DNA from: Bdellovibrio sp. | GTDB lineage: Bacteria; Bdellovibrionota; Bdellovibrionia; Bdellovibrionales; Bdellovibrionaceae | Direction: 5' to 3' | DNA: 64,000 nt | Assembly: GCA_036677065.1 (NCBI GenBank) | Contig: JAKFBS010000011.1 | Span: forward strand, 96,001-160,000 | Part shown: piece by piece, positions 28,528 to 38,612 of the stretch | Position numbering within the stretch: the stretch's first letter is position 1 | Layout: every line of letters begins with the position of its first letter | Program-made: the position numbers and the translations under genes | The notes under the pieces: generated by a model | The model's input: only the letters and a program-made list of their open reading frames with translations | What the model was told of the DNA's origin: nothing | Databases searched by the model: none

Positions 28528-29294
28528 TTTTATCTTTAGATGTTGGTAACACACAAATTTACGGCGGAGTCTTTGAAGGCGATAAAATGCTTATCGCATT
28601 TCGCAAAAATTCAAAATCTGGCTCGTCATCTGATGAAGTGGGCATTTTCTTACGAACTGTGATCAAAGAAAATGGTTTAGACCCGAAAAAAATCGAAAAA
28701 ATTGTTTTATGTTCAGTAGTGCCTGAAGTGATTTATTCGCTTAAAGGTGCTTGCCAAAAATATTTCGGGATTAACCCATTTATTTTACAAGCCGGTGTTA
28801 AAACTGGTTTAAAAATTAAATACCGCAACCCTCTTGAAGTCGGCGCTGATCGTATTGCCAATGCAGTTGCTGCTACGCAAATGCATCCGCAAAAAAACTT
28901 AGTTATCGTAGATCTTGGTACGGCCACCACGTTTTGCGCAGTGAGTGCCGATCGTGATTATTTAGGTGGATCAATTATCGCTGGTCTTAAATTAAGCATG
29001 GAATCTTTAGAAGCAAAAACCGCGAAACTTCCTTCTGTCGAGATCGTGCCGCGCACTGAAGCGTTAGGTCTGTCTACAGTTGAAAGTTTGCAATCAGGGC
29101 TTTATTACGGCCATCTGGGCGCTATGCGCGAGATCATCAGTAAGATTTCGCAAGAATGTTTTAAAGGCGAAAAACCTTTTGTGATCGGCACTGGTGGTTT
29201 TTCATCGTTATTTGAAAAAGAAAAAATATTTGATCTGATTGCTCCTGATCTAGTATTAAAAGGCAACTTGATCGCATTAGAGAAAAATACGTAA
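28524..29294 (+). CDS. coaX: Type III pantothenate kinase
   Basis: [22 protein letters not shown] and TGG. Confidence 0.95.
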   Translation: MILSLDVGNTQIYGGVFEGDKMLIAFRKNSKSGSSSDEVGIFLRTVIKENGLDPKKIEKIVLCSVVPEVIYSLKGACQKYFGINPFILQAGVKTGLKIKYRNPLEVGADRIANAVAATQMHPQKNLVIVDLGTATTFCAVSADRDYLGGSIIAGLKLSMESLEAKTAKLPSVEIVPRTEALGLSTVESLQSGLYYGHLGAMREIISKISQECFKGEKPFVIGTGGFSSLFEKEKIFDLIAPDLVLKGNLIALEKNT

Positions 29295-29307
29295 AGGAAA
29301 CTGCATT

Positions 29308-29691
29308 ATGAAAATCGATATGATGTATTCAAAAATTCACCGCGCAACAGTTACTGGTGCAGATTTAATGTATGAAGGATCAGTTTCTATTGATACGGCC
29401 TTACTTAAAAAAGCAAAAATGTACTTAAATCAAAAAGTTGATATCGTGAATTGCAACAACGGCGCTAGATTTAGCACTTATATTATCGCCGGCAAAAAAG
29501 GCGAAGTTTGTCTTAACGGTGCAGCCGCAAGGCTTGTGCAAAAAGGCGATAAAGTGATCATCATCACTTACGCTTCAGTTGAATTAGAAAAAGCTGAAAA
29601 GCACGAACCGACTGTGGTTTTTGTTGATGAAAAAAATCAGTTCGTTGAAAAGAAAAAACAAGAAAAACGCGCTACCAAAAGTAAGTACTAG
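29308..29691 (+). CDS. panD: Aspartate 1-decarboxylase (pyruvoyl)
   Basis: SKIHRATVT, YEG/S self-cleavage site, NGARF.TY and LNGAAAR. Confidence 0.96.
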   Translation: MKIDMMYSKIHRATVTGADLMYEGSVSIDTALLKKAKMYLNQKVDIVNCNNGARFSTYIIAGKKGEVCLNGAAARLVQKGDKVIIITYASVELEKAEKHEPTVVFVDEKNQFVEKKKQEKRATKSKY

Positions 29692-29705
29692 CCTGGGCGG
29701 CACCA

Positions 29706-29745
29706 GTAACAGTTCCCTTTTTGGAATGCGCTGCATTCCAAAAAG
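29706..29745. repeat. REP-like element, copy 2; probably also the terminator between panD and the desaturase
   Basis: GTAACAGTTCCCTTT overlapping a perfect 13-bp hairpin CTTTTTGGAATGC-GCT-GCATTCCAAAAAG. Confidence 0.55.
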
Positions 29746-29752
29746 TAAGGCC

Positions 29753-30883
29753 CTACCGTCTAACCGGAATCGGTTGTAAGTAAAGACCGCCAGATTTAAT
29801 TAAAATATTCCATGTCTTTTTCATTGAGTCGATTTCAGTGCGTAATAAATCCATTTCGAATTTAAGCTGCGCGATTTTTTCGTCGTAATTTTTTTGGCAG
29901 CTTAATTTGTATTCAGCTTTTGTTTGTTCAAACTTTTTCTGCGCTTCTACGATTTTAGCTGACAAAGGCTCAAGCTTTTCTTTGTAGAACTGAGAATTCT
30001 GAAAATTTTCTGATTCAGCTTCTAATTTCGCACGCAAAATTTCAGAGAACTGAACTGTTTTCAATTTTCTGGCTAATCCCATTAACGAAGCTAATTGGAT
30101 AGACCATTTAGTTGGATCCCAGTGGTACCACTTAATGCCGTTACGGTAGTCGAATTGAAACTTGTGATGAAAGTTATGGTAACCTTCACCGTGAGTTAAA
30201 AACGCCATGATAATAGAATCTTTAGCTGTCAGATCTTTTGAATACGGAGTGTTTCCTAAAGTATGCGCTAATGAATTAATAAAGAATGTTGATTGCTGAG
30301 TTAAGAAAATTCTAATGCCACCCGCGATCACTAAACCTAACAGTGCATTACCTAACATCGCACCTACAACTAAAGGCATCATGTAACCAACACCGATGGC
30401 CCAGATCATGTAGTAGTCGTGTTGCATTTTAACTAATTTATTTTTTTCTAAATCAGGAGCTTGAATCGGAAGACTTACTGAATCATGCAACATCATCCAA
30501 CCCATATGCGCGTAGAAAAATCCACGTTTGATTGAATACGGATCTTTATCAGTGTCTTCAAAACGGTGATGAATACGGTGATCGCTTGACCATTTTAAGC
30601 ATGAACCTTGAAATGCACCCGCGCCGATTAAAAGCAAGATCGCTTCTAAAACTGGATGAGCTTCATAAGATTTATGCGAAAATAAACGGTGGTAGCCCAT
30701 CGTGATACTTAAGTTCGTAGCAATTGCGAAAACTAAACCGAATAAAGTGATCCAACCAATGTGACCAGCTGTGTAGCTGTTAGAGAACACAAGATATAAT
30801 ACAAGTGTAACGATAGAGATAATCGGATTTAAGACCAAAAATAAAGTCACCGACCAACAGATTTTTTTTAAATTATTTGTCAT
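29753..30883 (-). CDS. Delta-9 type fatty acid (acyl-CoA) desaturase
   Basis: His boxes GYHRLFSH, HRIHH and GEGYHNFHH, plus WDPTKW. Confidence 0.93.
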   Translation of the reverse strand: MTNNLKKICWSVTLFLVLNPIISIVTLVLYLVFSNSYTAGHIGWITLFGLVFAIATNLSITMGYHRLFSHKSYEAHPVLEAILLLIGAGAFQGSCLKWSSDHRIHHRFEDTDKDPYSIKRGFFYAHMGWMMLHDSVSLPIQAPDLEKNKLVKMQHDYYMIWAIGVGYMMPLVVGAMLGNALLGLVIAGGIRIFLTQQSTFFINSLAHTLGNTPYSKDLTAKDSIIMAFLTHGEGYHNFHHKFQFDYRNGIKWYHWDPTKWSIQLASLMGLARKLKTVQFSEILRAKLEAESENFQNSQFYKEKLEPLSAKIVEAQKKFEQTKAEYKLSCQKNYDEKIAQLKFEMDLLRTEIDSMKKTWNILIKSGGLYLQPIPVRR

Positions 30884-30956
30884 GGATCTAATCCTACCCG
30901 CAAATAAAGGGATAGTTTAGTGAAATTTCTTTTATGGATGTCAGGTTATCTACATC

Positions 30957-32504
30957 TTAGTTTGTTTTCTGTGGAGCCTCGACTCTAAAAAACTCAATCG
31001 CGTCTATAACCGCTTTAGGCTTATAAAACTGATACTTTTCATTCCATTGAACGTCTTGCCAACCGAGCAACTGAAACTCACGCTGCGTAACATCCCGGTT
31101 TTGTACAAGTTCAAAAAAGTTTTTGATGTGCTGAAGTTCATTCAGCCGTTGCTGCAACGAAGGCAGATGAAACTGGATGAAAGCTAATTGAGATTCAGTT
31201 TTGGTAAACTCTTGAGCACCATACTTTAAAAGCATATCAAAAGCGTAACTTTGCTGACTATCACAGCCCTTAATCATCAATAATTTTTCAGAATTGCCAG
31301 CGAATTGACCTATCCCGATTTCTTTTAAGATCGGACAGGCAAAAAACACATGCTGGCGAATTTTAACCTGATCAAAAATCTTAAGCGAAAGCCCGCTGCG
31401 CGAAGGTAAAATCCAGAGCTGATCTTTGTCTTTAACGGCCACCTGTAAGTTCAAATTCTGTCTGGATGCAGCTTCGAGTGATTTAAATAAAGGCGAGTTC
31501 GGCTCTAAGTGATCCGGAAACTCTACAAGCACATCAAAATAGGCTTCAGCAAAGGAATCCGAAACCCCGTGACTTTGTAAGTACTGGTTAAGGCGCGCGA
31601 TAAACCTGCGCTGCGGGTAACTGGCTTCTTGCTTTAAACTAAACTGATCCGCAAAAACCTTAACAATCGTCAGCCCTTCTTTTAAGGAATTATCCTGATC
31701 TAATAAAAACTCAATCGCTTTTTCTGAATCTACTGAGCGTTCAGCCACTAATCGCGGAATTTCTTGTAAAAAATTATTCTGTTCGCTGTAGCTTAACGAA
31801 TCATATGCGGCCACTAAGCTTGAAGTTAAAAGCGGACGCAAGCTCATCGTTAAAAGTTGTTTTCGGTTATGACCTAATTCATCAAGACTGGCACAGCGTT
31901 GAAAATCTTCTGAACTGCGCCAGGCTGATTCACAATACACATCTAAATTTTTTAATACCTGTGGCCATTTAGCTAAACCTAATTCAGGAAACAACTGAGT
32001 CACCGGATCTTGGCGATCTATTTGACCAAACGTTGCGTAATAAATTAAATCCGCTAACGACTTATCAAACAGTTTTAGTTTTGCATCTTGGTTGTTAGCA
32101 CTTTGTAACCATAACCGAATAATCGCTTGCTCAAGGTGACCCTTAGCTAAAGCTAAACTTTTACCGATGCGAATCTGATTTTGCTCGACCTGGAAAAGAA
32201 GTGGGTTAGTTTCATCGATCACTAAATGCACGCTAGCTTGACTTGGCTTAATACGATTTAACACCAACGATAGTTGATTCAAACGAGACTCTAAAGCTTC
32301 AGCATAATTGTTAAGATTTTCTGAGTATTCGGCAGCTTTGCGTTTTGAACAGGTATAAACTGATTCGACCTTTTCTGAAGAAACCACGTCTAACTTTTCA
32401 ACGAGCGTGGAATCAATACACGGATAGGGCTTGCTCATCTGCAACAGCGCCAGAAAAGATAAGTAAAATCCAATAGTTAGAATGACGTACACGTTTTGTC
32501 TCAT
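30957..32504 (-). CDS. Hypothetical protein with N-terminal membrane/signal anchor
   Basis: 515-aa ORF with hydrophobic N-terminus and several Cys pairs. Confidence 0.7.
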   Translation of the reverse strand: MRQNVYVILTIGFYLSFLALLQMSKPYPCIDSTLVEKLDVVSSEKVESVYTCSKRKAAEYSENLNNYAEALESRLNQLSLVLNRIKPSQASVHLVIDETNPLLFQVEQNQIRIGKSLALAKGHLEQAIIRLWLQSANNQDAKLKLFDKSLADLIYYATFGQIDRQDPVTQLFPELGLAKWPQVLKNLDVYCESAWRSSEDFQRCASLDELGHNRKQLLTMSLRPLLTSSLVAAYDSLSYSEQNNFLQEIPRLVAERSVDSEKAIEFLLDQDNSLKEGLTIVKVFADQFSLKQEASYPQRRFIARLNQYLQSHGVSDSFAEAYFDVLVEFPDHLEPNSPLFKSLEAASRQNLNLQVAVKDKDQLWILPSRSGLSLKIFDQVKIRQHVFFACPILKEIGIGQFAGNSEKLLMIKGCDSQQSYAFDMLLKYGAQEFTKTESQLAFIQFHLPSLQQRLNELQHIKNFFELVQNRDVTQREFQLLGWQDVQWNEKYQFYKPKAVIDAIEFFRVEAPQKTN

Positions 32505-32518
32505 TACCCATTGTTAAA

Positions 32519-32535
32519 AGCAAAACAAGGACCAA
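32519..32535 (-). promoter_or_regulatory. Putative sigma54 promoter
   Basis: Minus strand reads TTGGTCCTTGTTTTGCT, 14 nt before the ATG at 32504. Confidence 0.6.
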
Positions 32536-32587
32536 ATAGTAAAATGCAGCTTACTAAAGCTAGGCTTATTTAGGGGTTTGTAATACG

Positions 32588-33736
32588 ATGCAAATATCAA
32601 TGTTAACGAAGAGTTATAAATTCACAGATAATGAGTGGTCCGAGCCTTTTGATCCGTCGATGGATTCAGAAAGCACTATGATTTTGGTCTTCTTCGAATC
32701 GACATTAGTCATTGATCAGCATTTAAAAAATATCAGAGCTGTTTATCCAAAAAGTAAAATCGTAGGGTCATCAACCTCTGGTGAAATTCAAAATGGCGAG
32801 ATCAACGATAATTCAATTGTTTGTGTTGTTACACGGTTTAAACACACACGTTTAAAACTATTTTCAACACCCATTGATTTTACAACATCAGCCGAAGTAG
32901 GCCGAACAATTTCTGAGTCTTTGGCTTCGCCTGAATTAAAAAATATTTTACTTTTTACCGATGGCTTAAACATTGATGGTTCTGATCTCATTAAAGAAAT
33001 GCATCAAACTTTACTTGAAAAAAATATTTATACCCCAATTACCGGAGGATTAGCCGGAGACGGAAACCGCTTCATTAATACTTTTGTTATTTTTGACACC
33101 GAAATAAAAACTCACCACGCAGTGGCTTTAGGTTTTTATGGCGAACATATTCAAGTTTTTGCAGGCACTGGCACAGGTTGGGATCCGTTTGGTCCGTTAC
33201 GTGTAGTTACAAAAGCAAAGCACAATACAGTTTTCGAAATTGACGGCATTCCTGCTTTAAAACTTTATCGTGAGTATTTAAAAGAAGACGCCAAAAATCT
33301 TCCAGTCTCTGGAGTTTTGTTTCCTTTAGGCGTCTCATGGGGAAAAAACGAAAATATTGTTCGCTCTGTCGCACGCATTGACGAAGCTAATAACGGATTG
33401 ATTTTTGCCAGCAGAATTCCTGAGAACTCAAAAGTACAGCTTATGCACAGTAATGTGATGAAGCTCATCAACGCTGCTGAAAACGCATTAGATAACTGTC
33501 CGATGGATTTCACACAAGACACGCCAACATTGGCCTTGATCGTAAGTTGCATTGGAAGGCGCATGATCATGGGACAAAAAACTGAAGATGAAATTGAAAT
33601 TATCCGTGATCGTTTACCTATTCACGCTGAAATTTGCGGATTTTATTCTTACGGAGAATTTGCACCTACGGCAAATAAACAGAATGAATTGCATAACCAA
33701 ACAATGACTTTAATTATCTTTCAGGAAAGGCCTTAA
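32588..33736 (+). CDS. FIST (NosP-like) signal transduction protein
   Basis: GSSTSGEI, DGL, GGLAGD, GW.PFG, SC.GR, GFYSYGE and LHNQTMT. Confidence 0.9.
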   Translation: MQISMLTKSYKFTDNEWSEPFDPSMDSESTMILVFFESTLVIDQHLKNIRAVYPKSKIVGSSTSGEIQNGEINDNSIVCVVTRFKHTRLKLFSTPIDFTTSAEVGRTISESLASPELKNILLFTDGLNIDGSDLIKEMHQTLLEKNIYTPITGGLAGDGNRFINTFVIFDTEIKTHHAVALGFYGEHIQVFAGTGTGWDPFGPLRVVTKAKHNTVFEIDGIPALKLYREYLKEDAKNLPVSGVLFPLGVSWGKNENIVRSVARIDEANNGLIFASRIPENSKVQLMHSNVMKLINAAENALDNCPMDFTQDTPTLALIVSCIGRRMIMGQKTEDEIEIIRDRLPIHAEICGFYSYGEFAPTANKQNELHNQTMTLIIFQERP

Positions 33737-35011
33737 GTGAAATCGAAAATGCTTCAGCGACAATTAAAGAAGCTTAATTTCAGCGAACAAGATGCCCCTG
33801 CAACCGCGCAGGAATGGCAAGAATTGCTAAAATTAATTGATGTCACCTACAACGAGTACGAAAGTCATTTATATCGTTCACACAATACCTTAAATGTCGC
33901 GACTGACGAATTACAACGTCTTTATTCAGAACTTGAATCGAAATCATCACAAAAAATTCAATCTTTAGATTCAAGACTGCAAAACATCATGAGCACCGCT
34001 CCGTGTATTATTATGTGGGTTGATGATCAGGGCAATATTGAAGGCTGTAATGATTTTTTTCGCCAGCTTCTAAAATTTAATGATTCTTTGGATGATAAAA
34101 AAATTTCGTTAGGCGATTTAAAATTGCATGATCTGCTTGAAAAAACCAACGAGTTTGTTAAATCTTCATCGACACAAACGAGTTTTATTAAGCAAATTAG
34201 TAATCATTATTTTAAAATGACTTTAAATAAAATGCGCGATCAAAATAAGATCTCGATTTTAGGTTTTGATGTGACCGAAGACATTAATAAACAAAATACG
34301 ATCAATCAGATTCAGGCTAAAGCTGTGCAAACTTCAAAATTAGCCGTTTTAGGTGAATTAGCTGCAGGCGTTGCTCACGAAATTAATAATCCTTTAATGA
34401 TTTTAACTTCGGTAGCCTTTGTCGTGCAAAAACATATCGAACAAAACAAATACGATCAGCTTCCTGAAAAATTAGAAAAAATTCAGAGCACGATTACCCG
34501 CATTAGCCGTATTGTGAATGGCCTTCGCACTTATGCGCGCGACGGTGAAAATGATCCAATGATGCCGGTCAATATTGCCGATGTTATTTTAGAATCTCTT
34601 GAATTATGCGTTGAAAGTATTCGTTACCAAAATATCGAAGTCACATTTGACAATCAAATGACTGTTCCTCCGATTGTGAACTGTCGTGATACCCAAATTT
34701 CTCAGGTGATTTTAAATTTAATCAGCAACGCTAAAGATGCCGTACTACCGTTAAAAGAAAAATGGATTAAAGTTATCTTACTCCAGCAAAATAATAACAT
34801 CGTATTGCAAGTGATCGATTCTGGCCCTGGTATTTCATTAGATATTCGCGATCAGATTTTTCAGCCTTTTTTCACCACTAAAGATGTGGGTAACGGAACT
34901 GGTTTAGGTTTAAGTATTTCGACTGAAATTATTAAAATTCACCTTGGCCAACTTTTTGTCGACACAAGTTGTCCGAACACGTGTTTTACTATTGAATTAC
35001 CGTTAGCTTAA
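33737..35011 (+). CDS. Cytoplasmic sensor histidine kinase with PAS-like segment
   Basis: H-box AHEINNPL, N-box NL..NA.DA, DSGPG, FFTTK and GTGLGL. Confidence 0.92.
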   Translation: MKSKMLQRQLKKLNFSEQDAPATAQEWQELLKLIDVTYNEYESHLYRSHNTLNVATDELQRLYSELESKSSQKIQSLDSRLQNIMSTAPCIIMWVDDQGNIEGCNDFFRQLLKFNDSLDDKKISLGDLKLHDLLEKTNEFVKSSSTQTSFIKQISNHYFKMTLNKMRDQNKISILGFDVTEDINKQNTINQIQAKAVQTSKLAVLGELAAGVAHEINNPLMILTSVAFVVQKHIEQNKYDQLPEKLEKIQSTITRISRIVNGLRTYARDGENDPMMPVNIADVILESLELCVESIRYQNIEVTFDNQMTVPPIVNCRDTQISQVILNLISNAKDAVLPLKEKWIKVILLQQNNNIVLQVIDSGPGISLDIRDQIFQPFFTTKDVGNGTGLGLSISTEIIKIHLGQLFVDTSCPNTCFTIELPLA

Positions 35012-35923
35012 TTAAACTTTTAAAGTGCCGACACGGCCGACACGTGATGATAGAGCATGGTTCATTTGTGGTTCTAACCAACGGTTGATTTCGCACAGCT
35101 TGTCGATATCAAGGCCAGTCACAACACCCATACCGTCAAACATATAAACCACATCCTCAGTAGCTACATTGCCTGTAGCCCCTTTCGCGTATGGACACCC
35201 ACCTAAACCACCAATACTTGAATCAAATACGCGAACACCTACCTTATAGGCTTCAAGAATATTAGCTAAGGCCTGCCCGCGGGTATCGTGAAAATGGCCC
35301 GCAAGTTTTGCGATTGGAACTGCTTTTTTTAATTTTTTAAATAATGAATTCACTTGGTTAACAGTCGCCACACCAATGGTGTCGCCGATAGAAATTTCGT
35401 AGCAGCCCATTTTATAAAGGCGTTTAGCCAGTTCTACGACTTTTTTCTCGGGCACAGCACCTTCAAACGGGCAACCAAAGCACACCGACAAATAGCCGCG
35501 CACTTTGATCTTATTTTTTTTGGCCATTTTTATAATGGGTTCAAAACGTTTAAAACTTTCTTCGATGCTGCAGTTAATGTTTTTTTGCGAAAATGCCTCT
35601 GAACTTGAAGCAAAAATAGCGACTTCTTTAATACCTGTCTCAAGGGCCGCATTCATGCCCATTTCATTAGGCACAAGCACGCTTGATTGATATTTTTTTT
35701 GATCTGGATATTTATCTAAAACTAATTCAGTTAATTCTTTTGATACCGCCATCTGTGGCACCCATTTAGGTGATACAAAGGCTCCGACTTCAAAAGTTTT
35801 TGTTCCTGCCGCGACTAGTTTTTCTAAAAGTTCAAAACGTTGAAATACAGATAAAACAGTGGATTCATTTTGTAATCCATCTCGCAAACCTACTTCAACA
35901 ATTTTTACTTTTGTTTTTGCCAC
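35012..35923 (-). CDS. liuE: Hydroxymethylglutaryl-CoA lyase
   Basis: EVG.RDGLQNE, FVSPKWVPQMA, GDTIG, HFHDTRG and GGLGGCPYA. Confidence 0.94.
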   Translation of the reverse strand: MAKTKVKIVEVGLRDGLQNESTVLSVFQRFELLEKLVAAGTKTFEVGAFVSPKWVPQMAVSKELTELVLDKYPDQKKYQSSVLVPNEMGMNAALETGIKEVAIFASSSEAFSQKNINCSIEESFKRFEPIIKMAKKNKIKVRGYLSVCFGCPFEGAVPEKKVVELAKRLYKMGCYEISIGDTIGVATVNQVNSLFKKLKKAVPIAKLAGHFHDTRGQALANILEAYKVGVRVFDSSIGGLGGCPYAKGATGNVATEDVVYMFDGMGVVTGLDIDKLCEINRWLEPQMNHALSSRVGRVGTLKV

Positions 35924-35925
35924 GC

Positions 35926-36303
35926 TTATGTACTTTCTGTCTTAACTTCTGTTTTCATTAGCTTAACAAGAACTGCGCCAACCTGCACTTGGTCATTTAT
36001 TTTGCCAGTTACAGTTTCAACAGTTGTTTCTAAGTCTGATTTTAAGGTGTATTCCATTTTCATGGCTTCCATAACTAATAAGGCTTGGCCCACTGTGACG
36101 CTATCGCCGGGTTTAACAAACACCTTGGTAATTTTACCCGGCATCGGGGCAACAATCACATCGGGGCTTGCTGTATTAGATTTTTTACGACGCTGACCTT
36201 CAGAAGATAAATCAATAATATCATAAGACCAAGTTTCGCTACCAGATTTAATCCACAGAGTTTGGCCGACTTTTTCAACCTGCATGTTGTCGATTGTTTT
36301 CAT
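35926..36303 (-). CDS. Biotin carboxyl carrier subunit (separate C-terminal part of methylcrotonyl-CoA carboxylase alpha)
   Basis: APMPG..., EAMKME biotinylation motif; the ATG overlaps the upstream TAA (TAATG). Confidence 0.88.
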   Translation of the reverse strand: MKTIDNMQVEKVGQTLWIKSGSETWSYDIIDLSSEGQRRKKSNTASPDVIVAPMPGKITKVFVKPGDSVTVGQALLVMEAMKMEYTLKSDLETTVETVTGKINDQVQVGAVLVKLMKTEVKTEST

Positions 36304-37796
36304 TAGATACCTCTCCAATGACTAAGCCATGGTGAATTTTCAGTCGTCGTTTGATTTGGGCCAGTTGCTCCTGCACCACTTGCGATAAACTTTTTATAAA
36401 TTTCTTGGCTTAATTTTTTACGATCGGCTTCTACATGTTTTGATTTTAAGCCGTCAGCAAAATTTTTCTCGATAAAACGAGTCGTCATAGTGCCATCGAT
36501 AAATTCAGGGTGCGATAAAATTTCAATTAAATACGGAATATTCGTGTGCACGCCAAACACTGTTGAATCTTTTAATACACGAATCATTTTTTCAATAGCG
36601 CGCGGACGCGATTCATCCCATACGATCGCTTTAGCAATCATCGGATCATAATGTGAAGTGATCGTGTCACCTTTTTCGAAACCGAACTCATAACGTCGGC
36701 GTGGGCCCTCTGGCCAGTGAACTGTGCCTAGCAAGCCTGTTGAAGGAACGCCACCCATGTAAGAGTTCTCGGCGTAAATTCGGCATTCAATGGAATGGCC
36801 GCGTGGAATTCTGATTTCGTTATCGTTCCAGACAAATTTTTCTTGTGCCGTTAACAATTGCATCTTCACTAAATCAACACCTAAGACTTCTTCAGTGACA
36901 GGGTGTTCAACTTGCAAACGTGTGTTTACTTCTAATAAATAAAATTTTCCGTCTTGTAATAAAAATTCAACGGTTCCTGCACCTTTGTATTTACCAAGAG
37001 TACCTAACGTCACAGCCACTTCACCCATTTTGCGGCGAAGATCTTCAGTTAATGAAGGCGACGTTGCTTCTTCGATAATTTTTTGATGACGACGTTGTAC
37101 TGAACATTCGCGGTCAAATAAGTGCATTACTTTTCCAGTGCTATCACCGAAAATTTGAAATTCGATATGTTTGGCGCGATCTAAATATTTTTCTAAGAAA
37201 ACTTTTTCTGAACCGAATGCCGATTTGGCTTCACGTTGTGCTGATTCAATGGCCTCTACCGCTTCAGACATTTGTTTAATTAATTTCATACCGCGACCAC
37301 CACCGCCCGCAGCGGCCTTTACAATCACAGGTAAACCAATAACTTCGACTTCTTTAAGTAAAGTTTGAACTGTTTGATCTTCACCTTCATAACCCGGAAC
37401 CAACGGAAGACCTGCTTTTTTAGCTAAGGCTTTACAGCTTACTTTGTCACCCAAAGTGCGAATAGCGTCTGCCGAAGGGCCGATGAAGGTCAAACCCGCC
37501 TGTTCACAACGATGAGCGAAGTGTGCGTTTTCAGACAGGAATCCAAAACCAGGATGAACCGCTTGGGCGCCCATAGCGATTGCGCCTTGGATATTAGCCT
37601 CGATATTTAAATAGCTTTCGGCTGTGGCTGCAGGACCAATACAGACTTTATGAGTCGCCATACGAAATGCGCGAGAATTAATATCAGCTTCAGAATGCAG
37701 CAACACGGTTTCTAAACCCAGCTCCTCACAAGCTTTAATAATTCGAACAGCAACTTCTCCACGATTAGCAATAGCAACACGACTGAATTTTGGCAT
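36303..37796 (-). CDS. liuD: Biotin carboxylase subunit of methylcrotonyl-CoA carboxylase
   Basis: ANRGEVA, HPG.GFLSEN, GGGGRGM, RECSVQRRHQK, EVNTRLQVEHPVTE and YDPMIAK; liu gene context. Confidence 0.85.
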   Translation of the reverse strand: MPKFSRVAIANRGEVAVRIIKACEELGLETVLLHSEADINSRAFRMATHKVCIGPAATAESYLNIEANIQGAIAMGAQAVHPGFGFLSENAHFAHRCEQAGLTFIGPSADAIRTLGDKVSCKALAKKAGLPLVPGYEGEDQTVQTLLKEVEVIGLPVIVKAAAGGGGRGMKLIKQMSEAVEAIESAQREAKSAFGSEKVFLEKYLDRAKHIEFQIFGDSTGKVMHLFDRECSVQRRHQKIIEEATSPSLTEDLRRKMGEVAVTLGTLGKYKGAGTVEFLLQDGKFYLLEVNTRLQVEHPVTEEVLGVDLVKMQLLTAQEKFVWNDNEIRIPRGHSIECRIYAENSYMGGVPSTGLLGTVHWPEGPRRRYEFGFEKGDTITSHYDPMIAKAIVWDESRPRAIEKMIRVLKDSTVFGVHTNIPYLIEILSHPEFIDGTMTTRFIEKNFADGLKSKHVEADRKKLSQEIYKKFIASGAGATGPNQTTTENSPWLSHWRGI

Positions 37797-37840
37797 AAAA
37801 TTAGGTATAAACTTCTTTTAAAGTTTTGTACAATAGAGAG

Positions 37841-38218
37841 ATGAAAATCGGCCTCTATTTAGATAACGTTGCTATGCATATATTAAACCGAGGCATTTTT
37901 GTCAGTTGCGAGCCTGTGGATCGCATAGAATCTGCTCAACCCGGCCTTGTCGACGAACGCTTAAGCGAAGTCGGAATGGTCTATTTAGTCTGTGACACCG
38001 AAAAAGAGATTCAAGGCAAAGCCAAGCTGACAGACGCTTTCATTACCACTTATGGCGACCCTGATCCTATTATGCTTGAGCATATGGGCTTTAAAGACAA
38101 AGCCGATAGGTTCAAATCCGAGTACGCAGGTCTTTTTAAACAGCAGTTCCCCGAAGATCCCTTAATGGATGAGACCGAACTGTTCGTCTGTATATACGAA
38201 CCTGTAAAAGATAGCTGA
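37841..38218 (+). CDS. Hypothetical protein, possibly a divergent ASCH/PUA-like domain
   Basis: VCD.E....G, the H.G...F..EY...F segment and terminal E.E.FV..YE.V resemble ASCH; TG-TACAAT 6 nt upstream of the ATG. Confidence 0.5.
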   Translation: MKIGLYLDNVAMHILNRGIFVSCEPVDRIESAQPGLVDERLSEVGMVYLVCDTEKEIQGKAKLTDAFITTYGDPDPIMLEHMGFKDKADRFKSEYAGLFKQQFPEDPLMDETELFVCIYEPVKDS

Positions 38219-38300
38219 CAAAACTTTTGACAGTCTCTATTTAGCCGCACCCATGGTATAACCACGTTGAAACTTACAAAACTTAACGAAAGGTTCCCCC

Positions 38301-38609
38301 ATGAAAGCTTTTACCGTTATCTTTGCTATTCTTACTTTATCTGCTTTTGCCAATGCATCTTGTATCGGCGAAGCACAAATTATCGCTAAAGTTGATTCAT
38401 TAAAATCTGATTCAATGACTACGTGTCGCGTGATGATTAAATCTGCAAGCCTTTATAACGAAAGCATTATCTGCCCGTTAGATCTTTCAGAAGTGATGTC
38501 TGAAGGTATTGAGATCGGTCTTAAAAATGGTCATGACTGTGAATTTGAATCAGACGTGATCTCTGGGATTTTAGTTAAAAACAAAGCCGGCGTAATCTAT
38601 TTAGAATAA
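38301..38609 (+). CDS. Small secreted Cys-containing hypothetical protein
   Basis: Signal peptide ending ANA; four Cys; AAGG RBS. Confidence 0.7.
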   Translation: MKAFTVIFAILTLSAFANASCIGEAQIIAKVDSLKSDSMTTCRVMIKSASLYNESIICPLDLSEVMSEGIEIGLKNGHDCEFESDVISGILVKNKAGVIYLE

Positions 38610-38612
38610 TTC

